In this document: positions 50,760-63,070 of the stretch, one piece after another
Numbering within the stretch: the stretch's first letter is position 1
Layout: every line of letters starts with the position of its first letter
From: Oopsacas minuta
Taxonomy: Eukaryota > Animalia > Porifera
DNA length: 64,000 nucleotides
Direction of reading: 5' to 3'
Assembly: GCA_024704765.1 (NCBI GenBank)
Contig: JAKMXF010000099.1
Location: 320,432-384,431, forward strand
Notes under the pieces: generated by a model
Seen by the model: only the letters and a program-made list of their open reading frames with translations
Database searches by the model: none
Told to the model about the DNA's origin: nothing
Program-made: the position numbers and the translations under genes

Positions 50760-53700
50760 GTTTACACCATGGAACTAAGAAGAACATACATTGGTCCAAT
50801 TACCTACAAATGATATTCTATTGTTCAAATCAGTAATATATACACTAATCCATTCTGTGATTTCAAGATAAAATTCTCCTGATTTGCGATTTACAAATTG
50901 CATTTCAACTTTGGAGCTGACCTCTGACAATTTATCCAGAACTTCACTTTCTACACTACAATTAGGACTGTGCCTGAGGAAGGAGAAGTGCTTACTTAAC
51001 TATACCTTCAACACGAATTAGGTATTCAGTATAATGATTTAAGCTGGTATTACCATGAGTATCAAATTCCTTTCTTTATTCTAATACACAACTAATGAAG
51101 AGGCTCAAAATCTCTCCACTTAATCACACATATTTGTTGCTGAACATTTGATAAACTAAAGTATGACAAGGTTGTATGACTACTAGATATAAAAATACCA
51201 GTGGAATACACTAAACTAATATATTGCTATAAGAACCTGTGATGATATTAATGAAATGACAATACGCATCAATAATTAATGGATCGGTGATTGTGAAAGT
51301 CCAAGAGTATTTCTAAAAAATATGCATGAAATTTACTTGATGCAATTTTCTGAATTCAGAAGTTTGTTTAAATATTTTATTTCCCATGTTCGTCCTTATT
51401 ATGTTGTGTCGTGTGATGAGTTCCGGATTGATCTCAATACCGCTAAGGATCGTAAGAATATATAACTCACAAGCTCAGAGCAGATGATAGGTCTAATGAA
51501 TTCGAAATAATTACTAAGTCAAATGATATTCTGGAAAGCCTGAGGCTATCGTTGGAAAACGCAAGCCAATACAAGCACGCTACAATTCGAGAGAATAAAA
51601 TGATGTCACGTCACTGAAATATAACTGCGCAAGAAATTCTGAAAGGATCAATAATTATCAAAAAAGTACATATGAAAATGAAAAAATAACGGAACAATAG
51701 TTATTGCAATAAAGTCAAAAGAGCAAAAATGAATTACAAAAATACATAAAGATCAAAATTGTTCTATTGATTGGATGATACCATATAATAATTCCATTGA
51801 TGGAGAAAAAGGTTGATTTGCAATAATATCATTTTAAAATCAAATTGAATAAATTTTGATGTATATTTGCATGAATATGATAAAGTAATACCATAATTCT
51901 ATTTTCTTAAATCATGTTGAAGGGCAAATTGATTATTCAAGTTGCAATAGAATGGTATTCACACAAATTTCATTTTATTGTTTCAAATCATTGATTTACC
52001 TTTTTGAAAATTTCAGAATTCATATATTTTTCACCTCCGTCGTACTTATTTATTTTACTTCAATGTGCGTAGTTATTTCCTGGGATAAAATTAAATCTTT
52101 TTTTCAGAATATTAGCACTATATGGTGACCCAAAGGACTTATTAGTAACGAAATTGGTTACATATTTACTTGTATGCACACTACTGGAGTATACAGTGGC
52201 AAATTGGATGCTCAAGATGTTCATGAATCTTTCAAAATATATTTCACGCCAAATAATTAGTACTACCGACCTCTGAATTCTTAAGGGAATTGAACCATAA
52301 GACACCAGAGAAGGTATCTACATAATTTGAAGGGGTTCTCATGATAAATAGTTTCAAGAAATAATCTCAAACTAGAATTCGTAATACACACAAAACAGAG
52401 ATTTATCGATTTATAGACTATCGTTGCAAATTATATTTTGTTTTTTCGATAATATCTTTAGTATTACAAACGTATCTCACTTATCGATTAGCATAAGCTT
52501 GAGCTTAACCTGCTTATATAGAATATGATTCATCCCACATCACTCTATCTTCTGCAATTCTGTCTTAAAAAAGGAATTACTCTAGCTCTGTGGGTTGTTA
52601 ATATTTATCATTGATATACAATATACATAAACTTCCATATCGCAACTAGGTTCTCAGAGCTGGGCGAGCATGACTCAGAGAGCGCTAACTTTTGGTGGAT
52701 GAATATTTCTTATCTTACCAATTTTCCTGACTATAATAGAATATTCGATAAAAGTACTCCATATTCAATAATTTCATTTCATTTTACTGTCCCGATTATA
52801 ATATGGGATTATTTTCCAGTGCTAAATATTACCTTATTCGTTTGTTTTCACCACTAGAATGAGCCAATTAGATAAGTATTTCGGGAAAGAGAAGAGTGAA
52901 ATTTCAATAATGAGATAGTCAAGTTTTGTGGACTCTTCTTGGTGCTACCGAGCACCACGTGCACAGTAGAACGGAGTTTCTCAACCATAAGAAGATTGAA
53001 AACTTTCAGGGGCTACCGTAGGGCAAAATCAGTATAATTGGTTATCAATGATATTTACACACCCGGAATTAGTTACTCCAGAAGTCAGAACTTTGGTAGT
53101 TTATGAATTTATCTATGGAGAGTACAAGAGGGGTAGCATTTTTAGTGCATTTGTTTAACTAATACATATTCTTTAGTTCCTTTATTTTATGTAAATCACT
53201 GATAAACGTATTATGTCTCCACGCACATCCGTAATTTGCCGACCCAAAAAGCCCCTAGTTGCGCCTATCTCACAGTATACAAAGAGAATTTCAGAATCGA
53301 ATTCTAAATTTAGTTGGGTAAATGAATGGTAACAGTTTCCTGAAAGCTCTAACCAAAACGGAGCTAGAGCTTGAAATATTCAACACAAAATATATTGTAT
53401 AAAACGTCAAACTCCTCTCTTTCGAATCATACTAATTTCGTTTAAATTTGACCAGTAGAAGCAGTTGCGGAACTACGCCCGTGAATCAATGGGCGTTGTA
53501 TCTTGGTAGGTGAAATTGTTCCTTAGTAGCTGCGAACTGACATTATTTTCAGTCTTTGTATAGTCTGTGATTCATGGTCGTTATTTTGTGGATATACAAA
53601 AATCTATTAGAAGTAATTGCTTATACCGTGATGGATCATGTCTTAATTAATATATTCTTAGTTGTTTATTTGTTCAGTGTTCCATGGCCAACTCTGCAAC

Positions 53701-56700
53701 AAATAAACTCTCGCGCTCCCTTCAAAATTATTGGGTACATAGCTAATCTTGCCCCCGGATCGGTCCCCTTGCTGAGAAAACAGCTGGCGATGAAGTTGTT
53801 ATTTTGACTATTAGGAAACACTCAAATTAGCCACCCCACTCTTCGTTCCAGATCCAGCTTCCCGGAACGCAGAACCTGGATTATATTTGAATGAAGTTGT
53901 TAGTTGTGATTATATTATTTTATGATCCTTCCTTTTCATATATTGTATTTCCTTAAGTAATTTTTAATTCCTACACGTTGCTTTATCAAAAATTTTAACT
54001 CAATCTTCTACCTGAAGTTCCTTATATGTTTCCTCTATTTACTTTCAGCATCCCTTAAGTGTTCCTTATTAACTAATTTTCGTGTTCTCCAAAATATTCG
54101 TTTATGCATCAGTACTTTTCACCCAATACCATTTTTTATATTACCTGGAATTTCTTATCGAATACCAGAATATTATCCAATATCCATATTTGCCAACCTC
54201 TGTCAAATCAATCTTTGGAAGGAGCTCAAAATTTCCCTGGAATTTGGGTATATTACCTGGACACCAGATTATATTCTCGCTCGCTACGCTTGCTCTTTAA
54301 TGAATTAAATTCCTGCCATCATATACTTTTCTCCCTGGACACTCCCTGGACACATTTTTGTGTGTTAATCTTAATTAGGAAATTTATTGTCCAGGGAATT
54401 TCTGAGAGCATTAAAGTTGTCATTTACGATCTAGAAAATAGGATTGATTGAGTAATGATAATCTTCATTATTCGTTCTAAAATAAATTTTGCTTAACGCA
54501 TTATGATAGATCATAGTTGAAATGCATAATTCAATTGTAAATTCTTATATGTCACTAAGACTTACATAAGCTAGCTCTAACATGCATATTTCTTGCGATA
54601 TGTGCTAAAAACATATTTACTGTCGATTTGTCGTTTCACGCCTTCTCGGTGAAATACATTGCCTTAAGTTATATATGCCATGACTCCATATTACTTTACA
54701 GATCATCTGGCCTGGTGGCATTCTGGGTAGGAATTACTTGTGTTGGAAATGTTAGAATTTATAGATTGAAATTGGTGGGAAGAAGGTTTGACAAAAGATC
54801 ATACAATATGTGAGAACACGGCGAGATGTGAAGACCAATAACCGATTAGAAAGCTGTAAAGGAACAGCTGAAGCATATATTCAATTTCATATCGAGTTCT
54901 CATTTGTGCTTTATTTATATACATTGAGGAAGTCTCTGCCATATCAAATAATTATCGAATTATCGAAAAAAGAAAGTTCCTGAATTATAGCACATACCAT
55001 GGATAGCACATGTTTGCTTTTACCCATTTATAACCGATAATCATGGAAATTTTTTGAAATTCAGGATAGCCACTAATTATACACCCCCAAATTCCCAAAC
55101 TCTTATAGTTCATTTTGATATGATATCTCACAAGATTATTGCTCAATCTCAAAAATGACTATTCGTGGGTGTGTTCACGATTACGTCACATTGCTGAGAG
55201 TTATCATTTTAAAATGTATTGTCAGAGTATGTGTACTTTGTGTAGTCGGATCCATACTATATCATGGCTATCCTGATATATAATAATTTCTGTGATTTCG
55301 AGTTATAGTGGTTTTTTGCAAAAATGTGCTATCTATGGTGTGTGCTATAAGTCAGAAACTTGCATTTTTGTAGTATTCGCTGAATTATTGAATACAAACT
55401 ATATAATTGGCATGTTTGTCAATATTTTGATTTTACGGAATGATGACATGTATTCTAAAAGTATGTTATACATTCATTCTGCCAAAAGTGATTGTTTCTG
55501 AGATATGCACTCCTTCATAATAGCACCAACTCGGTGAGCAAATACTTTGTACTGAAACAATAGCCAGTGCGATTGCCTTACTGTATTCGAAGCTATATTT
55601 TTGCCATTATTCCGAAGATTTTAATTTAAATCCATCAAAAGCTGATTGTTGTCTATAAATGGGCTATCTGGGACCTTTTTGTGAAAATGGATTGAAATTT
55701 GCCAAAAGTTTTCATACCATGACATTTACGTCAAAAAGTATTTTTTGTGTCTTATTCGCAATATGTGTGAATTTTGCAAAAATTTTGGTCAACAATGATT
55801 TTCGAACAAATTAACTGCAAGAAAGAATATTTTATGTTTTCTTCGGGTAGTGACTGCCATCAAATTTATCCCTTCGCTATGACAACGCTACAAAATTCGG
55901 TTAACAAATGCCCAAAATGACAACTTCATAACACAGCAATATTCAAAATTACTCTACTCATGGCATACTAAAGATAAGGATTGGTCACTACTTTGGACCA
56001 GGGATAAGAGGATATAGATATATTTGGAAAGGAATTCTAGAATCACAGATAATACAAACTTACTGCACTTTCATCCGAGTACATGTATTATTGATATGTT
56101 TAATTCACAAAAGCTCCCTATGTTCAATTTTTCACATCAAAGTAACGATATTTGTTAGCGAAATTGGCCAGTATCTACGATATACTGCTCCATCTTTGAA
56201 ACAATGTAAAACATGAATTATCAATCTATGTTCAAATGTTCAAATACCAAAATGATCTAAAACCGTCTCTGTACAAAATAGATGATTTTTGAATCACAAA
56301 ATTAGCACCTTTTTTGAGTTATCGCATATTCCATGGATATTACATGTTACAAATATCCCCTTAAAACTGGATAGCCATTTTATAGTATACCCCAACTTCC
56401 CATACTCTTATAGCACATATTCGTATGATATCTCTTACCAATATGACGAAATCATAAATATGCCCATATATGGTCATTTTAGAGATTCTGCAATAACCTT
56501 TAGAGAAATCATGTCAAAATGTATCACAAGGTTATGGGAAGTTGGGTGTATACTATAAAATGGTTATCCTTATTTGGCTATTATTTCTACGATTATCGAG
56601 GTGTATGTGGATATTGGCCAAGCATGTGACATCCATGTTCTGTCCGATAACTCAGTAATTTGCGAACCTTATCATGAAAAATTCATATATTTTTACAGAC

Positions 56701-57828
56701 GTTTTCAGATCATTTGAATTTCAACATTTGGAGCATAGATTCATAATTCAAGTTCTACACCGTTTCAAAGATGGTTTGAGAATATATTTTTCTATTACAG
56801 TAACAAATGATGTCAATTGGAATTATCATTTTCACAAATGTTGTTTTTGTGTATTCTTACATATCAAATATATTTAATCATGTGTAAATGTATCAGTTTC
56901 TTATTATCGTTGATTATAGAATTTCCCATAAAATATATCTACTTCCTTTATATCCCTGTTCCAGTGAAAATTAACTCAGTCATCATGCTTTATCTTTAGT
57001 AGACTATGGTTTGCTAAACCGATTACGGCCATATTTTATGTTCTTAATCTAAATGGAACACTGAATTTTACCAAATCGTTGTAACCGATTCCCGCACCGA
57101 AATAACGATTTTGCACCTTTTTACTACATAAAAACACACATCCTGTAATTATTCTATTGACTCTCTTGTTGAATGAATGTTTGGAGAATTTAGGCAATGC
57201 AACAGATAACTGATGATCTTTTAGATTGAGAAATTCCTTTACCCAATTTCTTGCTTATCACTTAAGTTTTCAAAGAAAAGGTTAAATTCGTATAGGGAAC
57301 CCATGGACTACCTTTTCCATACCCTTCCAATATCCTCCGATAACAAATATCAACAGAGCAAATTCCATGATTGTTGTCATTCGTTTTTATTGCTATTCGA
57401 ATCAATGCTATCAAATACACTATCACGTATTGACAAAGATATTGTGTGAGTTGACCTATTTTTTCCAAATTTATATTTTTCAATCTGAAATCTTAGGTGT
57501 TCGAATATTATTTTAAATTTTCTGGGTGTATGACTAGTAACATAGTATTATATATTCAATAAGGGGAGAGGAATATATGGCCAGTGTATCTAAATTGCAC
57601 ACTAGAGCCTCACTGTCCCTTCAGGATAGTGTCTAGCAAGTAGACTGTCCACATATTTACTGTAAATATACGCATATATAGTTAATTCTGGGTTTTATCC
57701 TCGACTTGTGTATAACACACGCCCCGTTTTAGTCTACGTACTGGCTGCTATTTTGGACACTTTATAATCCAAGTGATAATTTCTTAACTTGTTAATTGTA
57801 TATTGTATTCATAATGTAATTATTTTAG

Positions 57829-58110
57829 ATGCCCTGTCAAACCTAATTCAATTCGTGGAGATGTCCGAGCTGGATATCTTATCTCGGGTGATAATTCAGA
57901 TTCAAACATTTGTACTGTTACTTTCGTTTTAACCATTGATCTTAAAGGGTCGATTCCTACTTGGGCAATTAATCGCTTAATGACCTCCCAGCCCATGATT
58001 CTTGAGAGAGCGAAGAGAATTTTAGAAACTTCAGTTTCAAATGGTATTATTGTGAATCCACTCAAGCTTGTAGATGAAGCTGAATTACCACCTATTTCAG
58101 AAATTTCAGA
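57829..58110 (+). CDS. Exon of START-domain protein (START 2, C-terminal part)
   Basis: TATTTTAG|A, phase 2: CPVKPNSIRGDVRAGYLISGDNSDSNICTVTFVLTIDLKGSIPTWAINRLMTSQPMILERAK...; ends at donor GA|GTAAGT (or at TAA 58112-58114 if unspliced). Confidence 0.92.
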
Positions 58111-58394
58111 GTAAGTGACCAATGTATATTTGCGCACAAATATTCAGGTGAACACAACTCCAAATCCATGAGTGGGCCAAGGTTGGGAAAAGGAAATTAT
58201 AGGTAGGGCCATTTTTTCGTGGGTCAGGCCATTGGTCCTGCTAGTAATAGTTCAGCTGACGAAGTGGGGATCTGAGGAGCACTGCTCCTCTAGAAAGAAT
58301 TGTCTTTTGTGTTCTAAGGTTACATTTGTAGACTTGGGAAATATATATACATTATTTAACTTTTAGTTATTTAACATTACTTATAGGCTTAGCC

Positions 58395-58490
58395 CTAATT
58401 TTAGTGTTGTCTAACCAGCAACATAGGTTGCAATAGACAAATGTTCTGCCACCTAGGTTGCTTGGACTTTTTATAGCAACCTAGGAGCGA
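58395..58490. repeat. Short cluster of GCAAC(A/C)TAGG motifs in both orientations
   Basis: GCAACATAGGTTGC, CCTAGGTTGC and GCAACCTAGG within 100 bp; transposon-end-like relic. Confidence 0.4.
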
Positions 58491-59173
58491 CATTCTACTA
58501 AAATTATTTCATCATTTTTTATCTCAAATAATCGAAGTTATTTTAAATTTTGTATGTCAATCAACATGTATGTTTATAGAAAAAATACACATTCACTATC
58601 ATCTTACCCTCCTATAGTGTCTGAATTTCGAAAGTTTATCTCGTATTGCTTTTCGATAACCTTCTCCTAATTATTTGTATGGTTAGACTGTAAATTTTCT
58701 ATTCCTGTGTAATGTGTATGTAGATACAGCTTACGAAAACGGTGCACCCATGTATTTTACCATTGCACTCAGGGTCCCAGCCGATCGTTTATTATTTGCT
58801 CCGCGGAACTAAATTATACTTGTTCATAATATGAGACTTCATATTATGCGAACTTGATTTAATGCAGATGCTATGGAATGATTTTATATGGACCACCGAC
58901 TGGGTTCATAATAAGTGACACTGAAGTAGATGATCCCATTGCAGTTTGAACATAAATTCTCACTCATTTTCCTTCTTAATCACTTTTGTTGGTCTATTAT
59001 TTCCACTGAATTACAGCCCTGAAAACATGAATGTAATTAATGGTTAGCCAAATTTTGAGCAATAGATTGGGTTGACCAAATTAATCGGTTTAACCATTTT
59101 CGGTGTATTAGATATTCGGTTATGACAGTTTCAACCTTGAAAATTACTAATATTCTAATTCAAATATATAATA

Positions 59174-59425
59174 TACTAGCACGCTTCGCTTGCAAAGTCG
59201 CTGTGCCAACGCTTAGGGCCTCAAGTTAGGTTAAGTATTAAAGAGCTACATTTCTTGATGTTTTGGTCCTACGAGAGGGGAATACTCAGCACTACGTCCC
59301 TCGGAGTTAATTTGTGGAAATTTCAAATTTACTATTCATAGCTCATCCAAATTCCATTAAATGGCCTTCCGTGGTAATGCTAGAACTCTAACGTGGCTAT
59401 AAGTTAGTAATCTTGGCGCCTCATG
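59174..59425 (+). repeat. Interspersed repeat family, full-length copy
   Basis: TACTAGCACGCTTCGCTTGC...TTAAGTATTAA...TTTTGGTCCTACG...TGGCCTTCCGTGGT...TTAGTAATC, colinear with 3998-4250. Confidence 0.7.
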
Positions 59426-60671
59426 TCTCGAATTTTATGAAATTCTCAAAATATCGAAATTGGTAAAATTTGGAATTTTTTATAGTCATGATGATGTATT
59501 TTGTTCAGAATCATGATGTCAGGACATCGAAATTGAATTTCAAACTATCATGCATATTGGCTATGCAGTTGCCAAAGATGTGATTATTCAAAAGTCCAAA
59601 TAGGTTACTATGGCGTCATAATTTGTCAGGTTTGAATGTTCGTCCAAGACTCGAACTTGTCTGACCCCGGACTATTATACCCCTGGTAGGCCAAAAATCA
59701 CACCTTGGGGTCCTCCAGTTTCAATCAATTCTGAACCAAATGTATATCTACATACCAAACTGAAGTGACTTAATATACGAGTGAACTAAATTTATATTTG
59801 CTAACATTAGTAGATTTATGCCTGAAAAATCATTATTCATTTATTTAATGACAACAGCTGTGCTAAACCCAATTGCTCCGAGTTACCAGTTACATATCCG
59901 CATGCTATACTATTTTAACTACATTAGAACTATGTTTTATAATGACTTGTTTGGATGAGATGATATATCTCAAAGATGTATATTTAATATATTCCTTGGG
60001 ATGCAGTGCAGTTCGTTTTACTACATATTAAACATACTCATATACTTTTCAGATTATTCACACGGACACGATATCAAATTGCAAACTTGGTAAAAGATTT
60101 TGAATAAAACAATTGTATACTAATTCTAACACAATTGGCTCAACAAAATCATATAGACGATTCGATTTAACAGGCATTATATCATAGCAAGCAAATAGTA
60201 TGCATGTATTTGGGTGCCTTCAGTGCATCTAGAAAGCATCTAATAATAATAATGGCAATATCTTTTGCTGTCTATACATTTATGTATAATAACTGGTCAT
60301 GGTAGGTGACGATATTTTTCAGGACCTTGAAAGAAATGTGCAAACATGTCTGAAATGGCATTGAAGAAATCAGTCAAATAGAAATTACTTCACTAAATTG
60401 TAGATTGAACAAATAGTCGTATTATACTTAATTCCTCTTCATTGAAATACCTATTTACAATTCAAAATTTCAAGTGTCTACTGAAATCATCTGAGTTGGA
60501 TGTGATTATGAGACTATTAGAAAATATTGATTCAAATTTGGGAAATATCCGAATACATCGTGTATAACGTATTATAGATTTAATATGTATTATTCGTTAT
60601 CCGTGTATTATACAACTTAGATTTAACATGTCGAACTTGGTTAAATACCATCTTGTATATCTTAACTATAT

Positions 60672-60838
60672 ACTCTGCAACCTCGATAATCCGAACTCTT
60701 CAGTTATCCGAGCATGCCTTTTGTCCCAGTTCCCATTTTACTAGGTCTAAACGAATTCGATTATCCGAATTTTTATTATCCAGTCGCTTTTGACCATTCC
60801 CAACGAACTAAGATAATCTAGGACTCTAGGTTGTGCTG
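60672..60838. mobile_element. Degenerate TA-flanked MITE
   Basis: CAACCTCGATAATCCGAAC at left with an imperfect inverted match at right; internal TTATCCGA repeats. Confidence 0.4.
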
Positions 60839-60969
60839 TATTGGGCAATTGTTTTTAATAATTCTCACCAAAACAGAGGATGATGTTAAGTAACTGTGAG
60901 AAATATGTGAAAGAATTTTGGGCTACGGGGGGCCTATTCCATAAAAACTTGTTTAATGAGCATATAGAG

Positions 60970-61472
60970 CAGTGGTTCCTAAAAGGGGTTCCTCGAACAA
61001 TGCTTAGGGGTTTCACATCACATATTATTGTCAAATAGAACCTATTTGTATTTTTGATCAGATGTATGTCTCGATTCAATTTGAATCACCACTGAAAATG
61101 AATACCCTAACAAATTCAAAACGCTCTAAAGTCATGCTACTATTTCGGCAACATATATTTGTGAACTATGATTCTCTTCTATGACAACGATAGAAGTGTA
61201 AAATGAGAACGACTTTTGTCTGTTGAGGGAGAGATGCGAGTGTGTTCATCGACAATCAGTCCGAGGATAAATGTGATGCAAATATCACCAGGCACAAGTT
61301 TCACATAGGAAATGTATTAGAATGTATAAAGTAATTACAGGAATAAATAATTTGTTATAATGGTGTCTTTGTGGAAAATGTATGAGTAAAAGAAGATGGA
61401 GGGGGTAATGTTCCGCAGGTTGCCGCAACATGTTTATGGGTTTGGAGATTGAAAAATGTTTGAAAATCACTG
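60970..61472. mobile_element. Non-autonomous hAT element
   Basis: Ends CAGTGGTTCCTAAA / TTTGAAAATCACTG; TSD ATATAGAG/ATTTAGAG (7/8); 503 bp. Confidence 0.75.
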
Positions 61473-62368
61473 ATTTAGAGGGCCGATACGTGTATACATA
61501 GACTCAACTCCCTAGAAAACTATTACCAAATACAGATTTTATTTTGCAGTATTTCTGCAAGCTTAGCTTCAGGCTTCTAAATATTGCTAAATAGGATTCC
61601 TAACCCCCGGCTAATTGCGGCACTAAAGAAGTTTTGGGGTTGTATCATCTCTAAGGCTTTAAGTTTTCTTTAACGAATCTAGGAGCAAGAGAATTTATTT
61701 TCGAAATGAAAAATTCAACTTTCGAATAACTTTATTCCCTGATTCCATAAAAGTACTTAGATTCATTCGAAAAATATCCCTTGTGTTTGAAGCATGTATG
61801 GATGTATTTTGTGCATGTCTTGTCTGGCTTATATTGTACCTTATTCTACTTTGTTTAAAGAATCAATCGAAACCAATTTTCGCTCATATTTTTACATTGT
61901 GATATTCTCATAATATCAAGGCCTCTTGTATTCAAACCATTAATCTCCTCAATTTATGGAGCTCACTCCGGCTCCACCTCTAGGCAAAATGGAGCGCTCT
62001 CCAATTGTGCACCTTCATTCATTCATTCAGATTTACATTAGATTTCTCTTTTAATTAATTAGGATTGAATTTAACCATTGTACATCCGGAAATTTCTAAA
62101 TGTGCGAAAGTGAAACCATTTGAATACCGTTTGAATCATACAAAAGTCTCCCAGCATCCACTTATTATACCAATAATACTGAATTTTATGCAGAATAATG
62201 ATGAAATTTGTAAATTGTTTGAAATTCAATAGGCACACGCTGTGTGCTCCTTCAATAATGAGGTGCGGATTTTTGAGTGCGTTCCTTTATGCTCTGCTTT
62301 TTACAATTCTATATTTTCATATCAATAGTCATAACTTGTGTAAGTTGTTCATTATTACATTAATACAG

Positions 62369-62472
62369 ATTTGATGAACCTAATTCTGAATCCAAGCGAA
62401 TAGATACTGCTTCTCCCATCTTGACTTCTGATATACAAAGTGATCATGAGGATATTATTCGCATATCCGAAG
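62369..62472 (+). CDS. Probable downstream exon of START-domain protein (acidic linker)
   Basis: AATACAG|A ... G|GTATAC, phase 2-1, open: FDEPNSESKRIDTASPILTSDIQSDHEDIIRISE; phase matches the donor at 58111. Confidence 0.6.
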
Positions 62473-62910
62473 GTATACATTTCTTGGATATATCTAGTCT
62501 CATTTCTGTATAATGTTTCTTCACCGTTAGTATTTATCAATTTAAATTCCTATCCATGTATTTGAATTTCCAAATGTGTTGTATTTATGTCAGTTCTCAC
62601 TCTCTCATTGGCTATGTGACCACAATATGTACAAGTTTGGTTTATGACCACAGGTTTAGAATCCCTCATCATATTTAAGTAGTAAGATTGAAGATATGCA
62701 ATGTGTGCTTGTATATTTATCTTAGAAGAGGAAGTTCCTAATGCAACTGTCAGAGGCGTAACTAAATGTTTGCCAATTCAGTAACTTCCGAAATGAATTG
62801 TAGATTGAGACATATCAATTTGGTTGTAAACCTCCATTAGAACCACAACCTCTAATACTATTTGATTATCTACAATGTTACCAATATTCTCATGTGAAAT
62901 CTACAGTATA

Positions 62911-63070
62911 TACGAGGGGCATCAGGAAGGTTCAGAATTACTGAAATTATCACCCGTATCAACCTTCTAAAAATCGATAATTTCTCAATTTCTTTCGAAT
63001 CACGGGCTTTTAACTTTCAACTCATTCTGGAAATTATTTATCAACAGAAGCCCCTCAAAAGTTACAGGTG
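62911..63070. mobile_element. Possible mariner terminal fragment
   Basis: TA-CGAGGGGCATC..GAAGGTT resembles the TIR of the 25611-26919 element; no convincing partner end. Confidence 0.3.

Noticed and set aside
53574-53807. GC-richer ORF with VPWP and GDEVVIL motifs (START or IPT-like)
   Set aside because: Motifs lie in different frames, no RDF, no consistent splice phases; START 2 is already complete without it.
57820-58137. Minus-strand 105-aa ORF (also 23519-23701 and 62355-62540)
   Set aside because: Antisense shadows of plus-strand host exons.
59625-59700. tRNA-like T-arm (CAAGTTCGAGTCTTG on minus strand)
   Set aside because: No A box, D arm or acceptor stem could be built.
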